Shown here one piece after another: positions 19,972 to 30,311 of a stretch of 64,000 bases of DNA (positions within the stretch are counted from its first letter, which is position 1; each line of letters begins with the position of its first letter). This stretch comes from Fibrobacteria bacterium (GTDB lineage Bacteria > Fibrobacterota > Fibrobacteria > UBA11236), in the NCBI GenBank assembly GCA_041746255.1, contig JBGTHM010000023.1, positions 1 through 64,000 on the forward strand, read 5' to 3'. The notes beneath the pieces were generated by a model, which saw only the letters and a list, made by a program, of their open reading frames with translations, ran no database searches and was not told where the DNA came from. The translations under genes and the position numbers were made by a program.

Positions 19972-21666
19972 ATGTTACGACGAATGAGGTTGCTGACGCT
20001 TTTAATCGCCTTATTAATCGGGACTGTCTACGCGCAGGTGACCTACCCGGGCTGCAGTAACCTATCTCCGTCCAACTTCAAGCTTGTCAAGATATTGAGT
20101 CACAAGGCCTACAATCTTCTTCACCTTCCCGACGGCAAGTTTCTGTTCACCTCAGGACATTACGGCGAAGGTCCTATTTTCTTGCATGATACCAAGGCGG
20201 GAAAAACCACTCAGATTCCGAATTCCAATGCCGAGTGGCATGGCTTCGGGTTTTCTCCGGATTTCGCCACCACGGGGTGGATGTATTTTTTCGAGTCGCC
20301 CAATAAAGAGACCATGCGGATTTTTCGGCAGACTTACAACCAGAGTACCAATACGCTGAGCGCCAAAAAGTTGCTCATGGAGTGGGCCGGCATCAAGGGA
20401 GCCGATCATTGCGGAGGCGGCTTCGCCATTGATAAGAACGGGAATGTCATCGTCGCCGCCGGCGACAATTCCTTGCATACCGACATGTGGGGTTCGGTCA
20501 ACGAATCGAGTGAGAAACTCAATTCGTTGCGTACGGCGGCCAATACGAATAGTCTCATGGGTAAGGTCGTGCGCATCAAACCCATTCCCTTTCCCGATAA
20601 CCAGTCCCCGGCTCCGGGAGTGGGCAGCACTTATGAAATACCTCCCGGCAATTTGGCGGACGCTTATAAAGTCTCCATGCAATGGTCGGCGGAGGATTTA
20701 AAAAAAATCCGTCCCGAGATTTATACCATGGGACACCGCAATCCCTGGACGCTTTCTTATGATCCCGTTTCGAATTGGATTCTGGAAGGTGAAGTGGGCA
20801 ACCAAGCGCGCGGTGACGACGCCAAAAAAGGCTCCGTGGGAGGCGACGAATTCAATTTGATCAAATCGGCCGGGAATTTCGGTTGGCCGATGTTCGTGGG
20901 AGCGAACCGTCGGAATAACTTTTATGACTACTCCGGAAATAAAATGGGACCCTGGTTCGAAGTCGACGCGCCTAGAAATACATCCAAGTTCAATACCGGG
21001 GTGCAATTGCTGCCCCCTCCGAAACCCGCGCTGTTTTTCCATACCAAAAAAAGCCAGCTCTATCTCATTCAAAAAGGTGATACCGTTCACTACAACGATG
21101 ACTCCCTATGGGATCCGACACCCGCCAACAACCAGCAAGCCTGCGTGGCCGGTCCGAGGTATCATTATCGCACCGACGCCACCGACAAGGCCCGTCTGCC
21201 TCCGCACCTACATGGCGCCTGGCTAATTTCGGACTATTATTTGCAGACCATCAAAGCCCTTCGATTCGATGGAACCGGAGACAATATCGAGGCGGTCCTT
21301 CCCGTAGTCGGGGGGCCGGCCAGCATCACGCAGCTGTCGCTGGATCACCAGGGCGTTCTCTATGTGGCAACAGAAAACCAGGGCTTATCCCGGGTGGAAT
21401 ACACGGGAACCTGCCATCCCGAAATATTGTCCATCGCGTCCCCTAATAGAACCGGAAATGCCTATGCCCCCGGTTCTCAGCTTATGACCGCGAAGCATTT
21501 TCAGCATTGGCGGGCATCCAACACTATATCCGAGGTGAAAATCCGTGACTTGCAAGGAAAGCTATTGCTTCACAAACAAGTCGCTCCCGGTGAGGCCGCT
21601 CTCCAGGATTTCTCGGCCCGTCATCAGGGGTTGTTTCTGGTGGAAACCTTTTCGAAAGCGAAATAA
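19972..21666 (+). CDS. Secreted glucose/sorbosone dehydrogenase-like (PQQ-type) beta-propeller with C-terminal sorting-like domain
   Basis: Signal peptide; HCGGG, GDN, SLMGKVVRI, MGHRNPW, GNFGWP; tail IRDLQGK...GLFLV. Confidence 0.85.
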   Translation: MLRRMRLLTLLIALLIGTVYAQVTYPGCSNLSPSNFKLVKILSHKAYNLLHLPDGKFLFTSGHYGEGPIFLHDTKAGKTTQIPNSNAEWHGFGFSPDFATTGWMYFFESPNKETMRIFRQTYNQSTNTLSAKKLLMEWAGIKGADHCGGGFAIDKNGNVIVAAGDNSLHTDMWGSVNESSEKLNSLRTAANTNSLMGKVVRIKPIPFPDNQSPAPGVGSTYEIPPGNLADAYKVSMQWSAEDLKKIRPEIYTMGHRNPWTLSYDPVSNWILEGEVGNQARGDDAKKGSVGGDEFNLIKSAGNFGWPMFVGANRRNNFYDYSGNKMGPWFEVDAPRNTSKFNTGVQLLPPPKPALFFHTKKSQLYLIQKGDTVHYNDDSLWDPTPANNQQACVAGPRYHYRTDATDKARLPPHLHGAWLISDYYLQTIKALRFDGTGDNIEAVLPVVGGPASITQLSLDHQGVLYVATENQGLSRVEYTGTCHPEILSIASPNRTGNAYAPGSQLMTAKHFQHWRASNTISEVKIRDLQGKLLLHKQVAPGEAALQDFSARHQGLFLVETFSKAK

Positions 21667-21669
21667 AGC

Positions 21670-23091
21670 ATGCAATTTAAGCGACCTCCTTATCTTAAGG
21701 GTTTTTTAATCGCCGGATCCATGGCCCTGGGGCTTGGCGGCATGAATGCAAACGCCCAGGGTAATAAAATCACTTTCGAAAGAATCAACCTTACCAAAGA
21801 AAACGTCGGTGAGGGGGTTACCGTAGCCGACTTCGATAAAGACGGGCATGTGGACGTGGCCGCGGGTCCCTATTTGTGGAAAGGGCCCGGCTTCACCCAG
21901 AAAATCAAGTATTCCAGCGCCGGGCGTCATTACATGAACATTCGGGCGGTTGACGTCAATAATGACGGGTGGTTGGATATTCCCTACCAGGAAGCATTGA
22001 AAGACGGCTTCTGGTTGGAAAACCCCGGTGCGGGCAAACAGGACGGCATTTGGCAGAAAAGAACCTTCCCCACCATGGGCGGAGAGACGGCCCAGTTCTG
22101 GCCGCTTTTCACGGATAAAGCCGATGTATTGCTTTGCCTCTACATGCCCAATGGAACTTCGGGCCCGCTTTCGTGGAGCCGCTACGAAGAAAGCCAGAAA
22201 AAATGGGTTTATCGCATCATCTCTTCCAAACAATATCCCCGCAATAGTCACGGTTTGGGAATGGGAGACATCAACGGTGACGGAAGAAACGACATATTGG
22301 CTCCCGATGGCTGGTATGAGCAACCCGCAAGCCTGACGGGCGATCCCTTATGGAAGTTCCACCCATTCGGACAGAATTTCAACCCCTATTCCCGCGACCC
22401 CGAAATCCAAGGGGCTCATATGCATGTCGATGATTTGACCGGGAACGGAAAGGCCGATTTCGTCGCGTCCCTCAACGGTCATGGCTGGGGCCTATCCTGG
22501 TTTGAACAAATAGAGACCGCGGGAAAAATCTCCTTCAAGCAGCATATGATCATGGGTAACAGGGCCGAGGCCGGCAAATACGGGATGGCCTTTTCCCAGG
22601 CTCATTCTTTGGAGTTTGCCGACATCAACGGCGACGGATTGAAGGATATCGTTTCGGGAAAACGCTATTTGGCCCATGTCAATGGCAGCGATCCTGAAGG
22701 CGGCGCCGACTCGGAAGCGGTGCTCTATTGGTTCGAGCAAAAGCGTACCGCGTCCGGAACGGTTTTCATTCCCCATCTCATCAGCAATGACGCGGGCTCG
22801 GGTTGCAGTCTCGAATTGGTGGATTTGGATAAGGACGGCAATCTGGATATAATCGTCAGTTCGAAAAAAGGCGCGAATATCTTTTTGACACGGGGAGTTG
22901 CTCCCAGAGTCGGTATTCTGCCCGCGAAAAGGAATCGTCTCGCCTCGCAAGGGTGGAATTCCCATGTCAATAATCACTTGCTTGGCCAAGGCGACGGCAC
23001 AAACTACCTCAACGTTCTGGGAGCGCGGAAGAATGGCTCAGAACGCCCCTATACCCTATTCATTATCCAACCCAGCCAAGCCAAAAATTGA
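21670..23091 (+). CDS. Secreted FG-GAP/VCBS repeat protein
   Basis: Signal peptide; repeated D-x-[DN]-x-DG-x-x-D motifs. Confidence 0.88.
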   Translation: MQFKRPPYLKGFLIAGSMALGLGGMNANAQGNKITFERINLTKENVGEGVTVADFDKDGHVDVAAGPYLWKGPGFTQKIKYSSAGRHYMNIRAVDVNNDGWLDIPYQEALKDGFWLENPGAGKQDGIWQKRTFPTMGGETAQFWPLFTDKADVLLCLYMPNGTSGPLSWSRYEESQKKWVYRIISSKQYPRNSHGLGMGDINGDGRNDILAPDGWYEQPASLTGDPLWKFHPFGQNFNPYSRDPEIQGAHMHVDDLTGNGKADFVASLNGHGWGLSWFEQIETAGKISFKQHMIMGNRAEAGKYGMAFSQAHSLEFADINGDGLKDIVSGKRYLAHVNGSDPEGGADSEAVLYWFEQKRTASGTVFIPHLISNDAGSGCSLELVDLDKDGNLDIIVSSKKGANIFLTRGVAPRVGILPAKRNRLASQGWNSHVNNHLLGQGDGTNYLNVLGARKNGSERPYTLFIIQPSQAKN

Positions 23092-23196
23092 GGGGAAGGC
23101 CCTTGACCGCTTACCCAAGGGTCCGCCGCCTTCTCACCGCTGAGAAAACGGTCCGACTCCACCCAGATACTCAAATTGCTAGATTTTCGGCGGACT

Positions 23197-23877
23197 ATGC
23201 AGCCGAAAATCCTGATTGTTGAAGACGAGGCCGACTTACGCGAGCTGCTCCTCTATAATCTGGAAAATGAAGGTTACCGGGTGGAGGCCGCCCGAACCGG
23301 CCTGGAGGGAATAGCCCTGGCAGAAACCTTCCGCCCCGACTTGGTTCTGCTGGACCTGATGCTGCCGGATATCGCAGGTGAAGAGGTGTGCCGCCGCATG
23401 AGAAACAACGCCGCGTTCCACAACACCGCCATTCTCATGCTCACCGCCAAAGCCGCCGAAACGGATAGAATATTGGGCTTCCGGCGCGGCGCCGACGATT
23501 ATGTCACCAAACCATTTTCCACCAAGGAATTGCTGGAACGCATCAAAGCCATCCTCCGACGCACCAAAGGCGAAAGCAACCTTTTCCGCCTCCGCGATTT
23601 GCAGCTCGACTTTGATAGACATCAAACCCGCATCCACAATCGCCCCATTAATCTTACCTCCCAAGAAATGGCCCTATTCGCTTACCTGGTGCAAATGCGG
23701 GGCAAAGTGGTCACACGCGACCGGTTGCTGGAAGAAGTATGGGGTCACGGCGCGGATGTCGATTCCCGGGCCATCGATGCCAGTATCAAACGGCTGCGCG
23801 CCAAACTGGAAGACTATCGGGACATTATTGAAACCGTCAAAGGTGTGGGCTATAAACTCAATACGGAAATGGATTAA
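23197..23877 (+). CDS. OmpR/PhoB-family response regulator (no adjacent kinase)
   Basis: VEDE, LDLMLP, GADDYVTKPF, winged helix with ETVKGVGY. Confidence 0.95.
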   Translation: MQPKILIVEDEADLRELLLYNLENEGYRVEAARTGLEGIALAETFRPDLVLLDLMLPDIAGEEVCRRMRNNAAFHNTAILMLTAKAAETDRILGFRRGADDYVTKPFSTKELLERIKAILRRTKGESNLFRLRDLQLDFDRHQTRIHNRPINLTSQEMALFAYLVQMRGKVVTRDRLLEEVWGHGADVDSRAIDASIKRLRAKLEDYRDIIETVKGVGYKLNTEMD

Positions 23878-23880
23878 ACC

Positions 23881-24603
23881 ATGCTTCCCAACACTCCGAC
23901 CTATCTCCATATCCTGTTTCTGCTGCTCGTTTTGTGTACGGCCGCTTATGTGATTATCGGTTTGCGCAGCGTCGAAACCAGAATGCCCAATGGCCTGCGC
24001 AATAGCACCTATCCCCTGACCATCGCAGCCCTCTTGATAGCTTGGCTGGCCGTAACCGGGTATTTGGCGTGGAGCGGTTTTATCGCCCGCTTCGACACCC
24101 TCCCGCCCCGCTTCGCCATCGGCCCTTTGGGCGGGTCCTTGGCACTCTTATATGTGATTTTTTCACGCAATGTCGGCAAAAGGTTGGACGTCATGCCCCC
24201 GGCTTGGCTCGTCAATCTCCAAACCATGCGAGTAGGGGTGGAGTTGACTTTTTTCGGCCTGTTCGTAGCAGGAGTGGGGCCCCGGCTCATGACTTTCGAA
24301 GGACGGAATTTCGACATCCTAATCGGGTTGACCGCGCCGGTGGCAGCCTATTTCGGATTTCGAGGAACTCGTTGGCGAATAGGCACAATGCTATTGTGGA
24401 ATTTGGCTGGAATTATGATTCTCTCTTTTACCATCGGCCATGGAATTTTCTCGGCGCCCACCGCATTCCAAAGGATTTCCACCGACCCACCCAATATTTT
24501 CATGGGTTATTTTCCTTATTTCTGGGTTCCCGCCTTCTTGGCACCACTGGCGCTTATCTTGCACGCGGCCTCGATTCGCCAACTTCTGCGCAAGTCCCGT
24601 TGA
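23881..24603 (+). CDS. Conserved-looking polytopic membrane protein of unknown function
   Basis: ~7 hydrophobic segments; Q..RV.VE, NFDILIG and FPYFWVP motifs; starts 3 nt after the regulator stop. Confidence 0.75.
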   Translation: MLPNTPTYLHILFLLLVLCTAAYVIIGLRSVETRMPNGLRNSTYPLTIAALLIAWLAVTGYLAWSGFIARFDTLPPRFAIGPLGGSLALLYVIFSRNVGKRLDVMPPAWLVNLQTMRVGVELTFFGLFVAGVGPRLMTFEGRNFDILIGLTAPVAAYFGFRGTRWRIGTMLLWNLAGIMILSFTIGHGIFSAPTAFQRISTDPPNIFMGYFPYFWVPAFLAPLALILHAASIRQLLRKSR

Positions 24604-24661
24604 AAGGCGACCATCCCCCCATTTTATACTTTTCCTAACAGCAAGCATAAAGGAGCGATAA

Positions 24662-25084
24662 ATGGCGGATTCTCAGGCCCTGGCGACCAGCCTTGATTCC
24701 CTAAAGTCGGCTTTGGAGAAGGCTAATGCCTTGAAGAGTCTCGGTAAAGAATCCCAATCGATCGAGCAAAGAATGCTGGTCGCAGAACTCATCGAAAAGC
24801 TGTTGGAAACCAAAGAGAAAATTCTTCAGGCAAAAGAAGAACTGCTATCGATACCGGCGGGAAGCGGAGCCGAGGCGGCGCAAGCATCCATTGAGTTCGA
24901 CGGCCTTATCTACTGGAAAGTGCTTCCCACCGGAAAAAAAGAAGGTCCGTTCTGCCAAAGATGCCAGGATTTGGAGCAACGCTGGATTCGGCTCCAGGAA
25001 GAAAGCCAGACGCAAGACTTCGGCACCACGCTGAGGAAGTTCTATTCCTGTAAAGTCTGTAAAACCACTTATGATGTCAGGTAG
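24662..25084 (+). CDS. Hypothetical coiled-coil protein with zinc-ribbon-like C-terminus
   Basis: Good RBS (AAGGAG); GPFCQRC...CKVC. Confidence 0.7.
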   Translation: MADSQALATSLDSLKSALEKANALKSLGKESQSIEQRMLVAELIEKLLETKEKILQAKEELLSIPAGSGAEAAQASIEFDGLIYWKVLPTGKKEGPFCQRCQDLEQRWIRLQEESQTQDFGTTLRKFYSCKVCKTTYDVR

Positions 25085-25093
25085 GTAGCAGCC

Positions 25094-26374
25094 TTACCTA
25101 AACCGACCCAACCAGCGGCCATTCCAATCACGCACATCGAGCATTAATCGCTGCGGCTCCAAAGGCGGCTTGCTTTCACGACTTAGTGAGGCTGTGGTGC
25201 CGACTGGGAATTCATCCGCGCCGATATCATAGGCGTTACCCATGGGCCGCTTCTCTCCGTCCCAGTCCCCGCTTACCAGAGCCAAGGTCGAGCCTTTGTC
25301 TATGGCGTCATGGGCTTCGGGCAGGAGATGCAGATTTCCGGCGGCGGGATCGTGGAAATAGCCGGACAAGGCTGCGAAAAGGTTCGTCTGGGATTTTACC
25401 TCCGCTCCCGCCTCGAGGCGTCCACGCACCAGGTTGTTGATAAGTTCGCAATTCTTAACGGGCGCTATGAAGCGGATGCCCCGTCCCGCTTGCTCCTGAC
25501 GCCAGACGGTATTGTTATAAATCTTCACGCCCTCGGACCAGGCGATTTCGATTCCCGCGTCGGGACCCGCCACGATGAAATTATTCCGGCATACGGCATT
25601 GGTGACATGCACGCTGGCTCCATTGGTCGAGGAGGAAGGATTTCCGAAAGCGATGCCACGGTCGCATCCGATAATAAGGTTGTTCTCCACTACGATATTT
25701 TTGGAATCCACCCAGATGAAAATCGCGGCCCTGCCGCCGCCGCTTCTCCCTTTGACGTTCCGGAAAACGTTGCCGCTGAAGGTCCAGTCTTCCAAGGACA
25801 TCAGGTCGATGGCGGAAATATAGTTTCCACCACTATTCCAATCCGCGGGCGGGATTTTGGTGTTTTCAAAATAACAGGAATGCACCGATCCCGTGTGGGC
25901 CTTTTCCAAGGCGTCGGTAGCCGTGCCTTTGATGTGACGCGTACCGATATTCCGGAAATGGCAACTGACGATATTGACATTTTTCGGTTTGTCTCCCGCA
26001 TTGATTTTAATGCCGTACCCATGGGTTTCCTCGAAAGTCAGGGAAGAAACGGTGAAGTTTTCGCTAGGTCCTATCCAAAGAAGGTCTTGGTTGCTGCCGG
26101 TTGTTGCGAAACCATTTCCCCGGAGGATAGCCTTTTGGGGATCACCGGAGGCGCCCATCAAGGTCAGGTTCTTTTTGTCCTCGACCCAAAGGAAGCGTTC
26201 CAGATGATAGGTTCCGTCGGCCACTAAAATGGTGTCACCCGATAGCGCTGAATTTACCGCCGTTTGCAAGGCCCCGGCCGTGGAAACCGGCACACGACGC
26301 GCGGAGACGCCAACCACGCAAACCGTCAGAATAACCGGAACGAATTTTTCAAAATGGGAAGTGAAAATCGCCAT
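25094..26374 (-). CDS. Secreted right-handed parallel beta-helix protein
   Basis: Signal peptide; GDTILVADGTY, VENNLI, IYNNT; AIDKG..DWDG..R...YDIGADE tail. Confidence 0.82.
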   Translation of the reverse strand: MAIFTSHFEKFVPVILTVCVVGVSARRVPVSTAGALQTAVNSALSGDTILVADGTYHLERFLWVEDKKNLTLMGASGDPQKAILRGNGFATTGSNQDLLWIGPSENFTVSSLTFEETHGYGIKINAGDKPKNVNIVSCHFRNIGTRHIKGTATDALEKAHTGSVHSCYFENTKIPPADWNSGGNYISAIDLMSLEDWTFSGNVFRNVKGRSGGGRAAIFIWVDSKNIVVENNLIIGCDRGIAFGNPSSSTNGASVHVTNAVCRNNFIVAGPDAGIEIAWSEGVKIYNNTVWRQEQAGRGIRFIAPVKNCELINNLVRGRLEAGAEVKSQTNLFAALSGYFHDPAAGNLHLLPEAHDAIDKGSTLALVSGDWDGEKRPMGNAYDIGADEFPVGTTASLSRESKPPLEPQRLMLDVRDWNGRWLGRFR

Positions 26375-26539
26375 ACAGCATATTTCCTATTTTCAAAAAT
26401 TTCAGGGATCGTTAATATAGGCTCGCCGTTCCAAAAGCGCTGCGCCTTGGAAAAATTTCCCGGCAAAACCGGCAAAATCGGGATTTCCTAGGTAAATTAT
26501 TCCGGAATAGCGGCATCCCGTAGGAGTCCAGGAGAAATT

Positions 26540-27391
26540 TTGATTCAAATCCAAATGCAGGAAAAAGCGGGCTTGCGTGTCCGCTTGTCGGAAATTATTG
26601 AGAACTCACGCGTACAGTCCGGCATACTCATTCTCATTCTCATTAACGCAGTCACACTGGGATTGGAAACATCGTCCACGGTGATGTCGCACGTGGGCGG
26701 CTTTCTCCACGTCTTGGATAAGGCCATTCTATCCGTTTTTGTGCTGGAAATCGTCGTTCGGCTTTATGTCCATCGATGGGCCTTTTTCCGCGATCCCTGG
26801 AGCCTATTTGATTTCATAGTGGTGGGAATCGCGCTTTTTCCCGCCACGGGGCCCTTCTCGGTGCTGCGCGCTCTGCGGGTGTTAAGAGTCTTGCGCGTGC
26901 TTACGATCGTGCCTTCGATGCGGCGCGTCGTGGGAGCATTGATGTCGGCCATTCCCGGACTTATTTCCATTGCGCTGGTCTTGATTTTGGTATTTTACGT
27001 TTCCGCGGTCATTGCCACCAAATTGTTCGGCCAGGCCTTTCCCGCTTGGTTCGGCGATCTCGGGCTGTCCCTTTTTACCCTGTTCCAAATCATGACGCTC
27101 GAAAGCTGGTCCATGGGAATCGTACGCCCGGTTATGAACCTCTATCCATTCGCTTGGATATTTTTCGTTCCCTTCATTCTCATCGTAACCATGACCATGC
27201 TCAACCTTTTCATCGCCGTAATCGTCAACGCCATGCACTCGTATACCGAGGGAGAACACCAAGGTACCCGGGCGGTAGTAGACCAAGCCCGCGAACATAT
27301 CGAATCGGATCTCCATGCCGAAATGCGCGCGTTACGCAATGAAATTGCGGCTTTGAAGGAAGTTTTCCGGAATAACGGCGAACGTCCGTAA
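26540..27391 (+). CDS. Bacterial voltage-gated sodium channel (BacNav, Ion_trans family)
   Basis: S4 LRALRVLRVLRVL, selectivity filter TLESWSM, S6 NLFIAVIV, C-terminal coiled coil. Confidence 0.92.
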   Translation: MIQIQMQEKAGLRVRLSEIIENSRVQSGILILILINAVTLGLETSSTVMSHVGGFLHVLDKAILSVFVLEIVVRLYVHRWAFFRDPWSLFDFIVVGIALFPATGPFSVLRALRVLRVLRVLTIVPSMRRVVGALMSAIPGLISIALVLILVFYVSAVIATKLFGQAFPAWFGDLGLSLFTLFQIMTLESWSMGIVRPVMNLYPFAWIFFVPFILIVTMTMLNLFIAVIVNAMHSYTEGEHQGTRAVVDQAREHIESDLHAEMRALRNEIAALKEVFRNNGERP

Positions 27392-27457
27392 GACCCGTTC
27401 AAGCCTGCGGAATTGCATACGACCCCCTTCCCAGACGGCGGGGGCCGAGAGGAATGC

Positions 27458-28369
27458 TTAATTTTTCTTGTCGTCTTTCTTCTTGTCCTTTTTACCGTCT
27501 TTTTCCCATCCGGCTACGGTATTGTCGAGGATGGCGACAAAAGCCTCATCACCATCCTTTACAGCGGCTTCGCGAGCCAGCTTGGCTGATTTTTTCGCAT
27601 CCTTGAATTTCTTCTCATCAGCGAGCATTTCCGCTTTAGCCCAAAGATTGGCGCGAATCGGTTTGACCTTGATGGATTTGTCCACCCATTCCATCGCCTG
27701 CTTGCGGTCTACGTTATGAGCCCAGTAAAAGCGGGCCGCACCCAGGGGAGCGTAAGGGTCGTCGGCTTTGGCATTGGGTAGACCGGCTTTGATTTTGGCC
27801 TTGGCGGTTTCCACCACCTCAACGACCAGGTTAAGGTCGGCCTTGCGTTTTTCCCAATGGGCATAAAAGGTTGCGCTGCTGTCGTTCAAATCCTCGAAAC
27901 CGAATTCCAACCGCTCTTTATGCGGCGCTTCGCTGGGCTTCACCTTAACCCGCAGAGCGTCTTTATCCTCCTTGTAGGAATACGATCCCCAGGCTTCGGC
28001 TTCGCTGTTGAAAATGAAGGTCCATTCCGCTTCCGTGGGAAGAATATGCAGGGAGTACTTTCCTTTGGGCAGGTTTTGGCCATTCACTTTCACGTCCGTG
28101 TTGAATTCTACCGTGGTGGCTTCATTCGCACCCGCACGCCAGACTTTTCCATAGGGAACGAGTCCACCCCAGATGACACGTTCATTTACGGCGGGACGAC
28201 TGTAGGTTACGGTAGCTTGAGTGTAACCGAAGGTCTGGGAAACGGCGGCCTTGGGGCTGGACCGAGGTAATTCCACGGCGGGCTGAGCGAAGGCCATGCC
28301 GGCTATGGCGAGGGAAACGATACCGGTTTTCCATAAACCGGAAAAAGGGGTGATAAATGGATTCTTCAT
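27458..28369 (-). CDS. DUF2911 domain secreted protein
   Basis: PRSSP.A.VSQ, YSRP, LVPYGKVWRAGANEAT; GGAGGA RBS before the ATG at 28369. Confidence 0.88.
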   Translation of the reverse strand: MKNPFITPFSGLWKTGIVSLAIAGMAFAQPAVELPRSSPKAAVSQTFGYTQATVTYSRPAVNERVIWGGLVPYGKVWRAGANEATTVEFNTDVKVNGQNLPKGKYSLHILPTEAEWTFIFNSEAEAWGSYSYKEDKDALRVKVKPSEAPHKERLEFGFEDLNDSSATFYAHWEKRKADLNLVVEVVETAKAKIKAGLPNAKADDPYAPLGAARFYWAHNVDRKQAMEWVDKSIKVKPIRANLWAKAEMLADEKKFKDAKKSAKLAREAAVKDGDEAFVAILDNTVAGWEKDGKKDKKKDDKKN

Positions 28370-28449
28370 GAATTCCTCCTGAGTTGAGTGATTGTCGATT
28401 CTTAAAAACATGGGGTGTAAAATAAACCTAGTGATTTTTCCCGGTATGT

Positions 28450-30144
28450 TCACGCCACCATCGGATTTCTGCGCAACGTTTTTACGGCCATGGCAAAAAG
28501 GACCGTACCGACGGTACCTATCAAGTTGTACCAGAGAAAGGCGATTTCGGTGGTATTGTACAACACCACCACCAGCGATTCCGAAAGTAGGGCTCCAACG
28601 AAGGCGGAAGTGCCATCCATACGGCGCGCATAAAAGGCCAGCACGAAAATACCCAGAATCGTGCCGTAAAACAACGAACCGATTATATTAACCGCCTCGA
28701 TAAGCGAACCCATGCGCGCGGCGATTTGCGCGGAAAAAACCGCATATACCCCCCAGGCCAGCGTAAAAAAGCGCGACATCGCCAGGTAATGTTTGTCGGT
28801 TCCGTCCTTACGGAAGAGCCGCTTATACACATCCACGAGAGTAGTGGAAGAAAGCGCCGCCAATTCCGCCGCAATCGAAGACATGGCCGCCGCGAAAATC
28901 ATGGCCAATACGATACCCAACACCCCTGCCGGCAGATATTTCGTCACGAAAGACAGGAAAATATAATTGGTGTCGCTTTCGCTCATGCCCGGATCGTGAT
29001 CGCGTATCACTCCTACGGCTTCGGTGCGCACGCCATCGATGGAATCGCGCAATGCGCGTACCCGGCTTTGATGAAGGGATGTTTCGACTTCATTTCCATT
29101 GCGAATCGAATGCAACATGGCCTGGGTAGTCTCGCGTTTTTCCAGAAAAAGGTTTTGGTGGCGGCTTTCCAAAGCCTGAAAAGTTTCGCTTGCTTCCGAA
29201 TTTTTAACGGAAGTGACCGCGGCATTATTGAAAAAAACCGGGGGAGCGGTGAATTGGTAGAAAACGAATACCATTACCCCTACGAAAAGAATGAAGAATT
29301 GCATAGGAATTTTGATAAGGCCGTTGAACAACAGGCCGATCCGGCTTTCTCCCACCGAACGGCCTCCCAGATAGCGCTGGACCTGGCTTTGGTCGGTGCC
29401 GAAATAGGATAGGGATAAGAACAGTCCGCCCAGAATACCGGTCCATACGGTATAGCGGTTGTTCAAATCGAATTTCAAATCGATGGCATCGAGATGCCCC
29501 GCCTTTCCCGCCACATGCATGGCGTCCACAAAGGAAATATCTCCCGGCAGCAAGCGAAGGATGACGATGAACGCGATGAACATGCCCCCCATGGCAATGA
29601 GCAATTGCTGGGATTGGGTTTGACTGACGGCTTTGGATCCTCCGAGAAAGGTATAGAGAATAACCAAAACCCCCATGATGAGAGTCGTGGAATGCACGCT
29701 CCATCCCATAATCACCGAGAGTATCAATGCGGGCGCATATAGGGTAAAACCGGCGGCTAAACCCCTTTGCATGAGAAAAAGGCTTCCCGTCAAAATCCGG
29801 GTTTTAAGGTCGAGCCTTTTTTCCAGAAATTCATACGCGGTGAAAACCTTGAGCCGGTGGTAAAGCGGGACCAGGGTCATGCATAAAATCACCATGGCGA
29901 TGGGAAGTCCGAAATAAATCTGTACGAATCCCAGCCCATCGACATAACCTTGTCCCGGCGTGGACAAAAACGTGATGGCGCTGGCCTGGGTGGCCATCAC
30001 CGAAAAGGCCACGATATACCAGCGCGACTGGTTATCGGCCAGGATGTAGCCTTTTAAATCTTTTTGCCCGCGGCCCTTCGACAACCCGTACACGACGATA
30101 AAGACGAGCGAGCCTACGAGTATGCACCAATCCAGGATGCTCAT
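28450..30144 (-). CDS. Sodium:solute symporter (SLC5)
   Basis: SVMATQASAITFLSTPG, YFGTDQSQVQRY, AAAMSS; ATGA-coupled start at 30144. Confidence 0.92.
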   Translation of the reverse strand: MSILDWCILVGSLVFIVVYGLSKGRGQKDLKGYILADNQSRWYIVAFSVMATQASAITFLSTPGQGYVDGLGFVQIYFGLPIAMVILCMTLVPLYHRLKVFTAYEFLEKRLDLKTRILTGSLFLMQRGLAAGFTLYAPALILSVIMGWSVHSTTLIMGVLVILYTFLGGSKAVSQTQSQQLLIAMGGMFIAFIVILRLLPGDISFVDAMHVAGKAGHLDAIDLKFDLNNRYTVWTGILGGLFLSLSYFGTDQSQVQRYLGGRSVGESRIGLLFNGLIKIPMQFFILFVGVMVFVFYQFTAPPVFFNNAAVTSVKNSEASETFQALESRHQNLFLEKRETTQAMLHSIRNGNEVETSLHQSRVRALRDSIDGVRTEAVGVIRDHDPGMSESDTNYIFLSFVTKYLPAGVLGIVLAMIFAAAMSSIAAELAALSSTTLVDVYKRLFRKDGTDKHYLAMSRFFTLAWGVYAVFSAQIAARMGSLIEAVNIIGSLFYGTILGIFVLAFYARRMDGTSAFVGALLSESLVVVLYNTTEIAFLWYNLIGTVGTVLFAMAVKTLRRNPMVA

Positions 30145-30311
30145 GCGAAATAAACCTGGATTCCGTAGAAGAGTAGAATGAGGGCGATTAAGGTAATCAG
30201 GACGACGGCATAAAAGACTTTCCAACTGGAAATGAAAGGGGGCAACCCTCCCGCCTCGATACGCGCTTCTTCGGGAGTTTGTGCATCGTCTTCCACTTTA
30301 CCATCCGTCAT
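30141..30311 (-). CDS. 56-aa single-TM micro-protein (missing from the ORF track)
   Basis: MTDGKVEDDAQTPEEARIEAGGLPPFISSWKVFYAVVLITLIALILLFYGIQVYFA; ATGA overlaps with both neighbours. Confidence 0.85.
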   Translation of the reverse strand: MTDGKVEDDAQTPEEARIEAGGLPPFISSWKVFYAVVLITLIALILLFYGIQVYFA

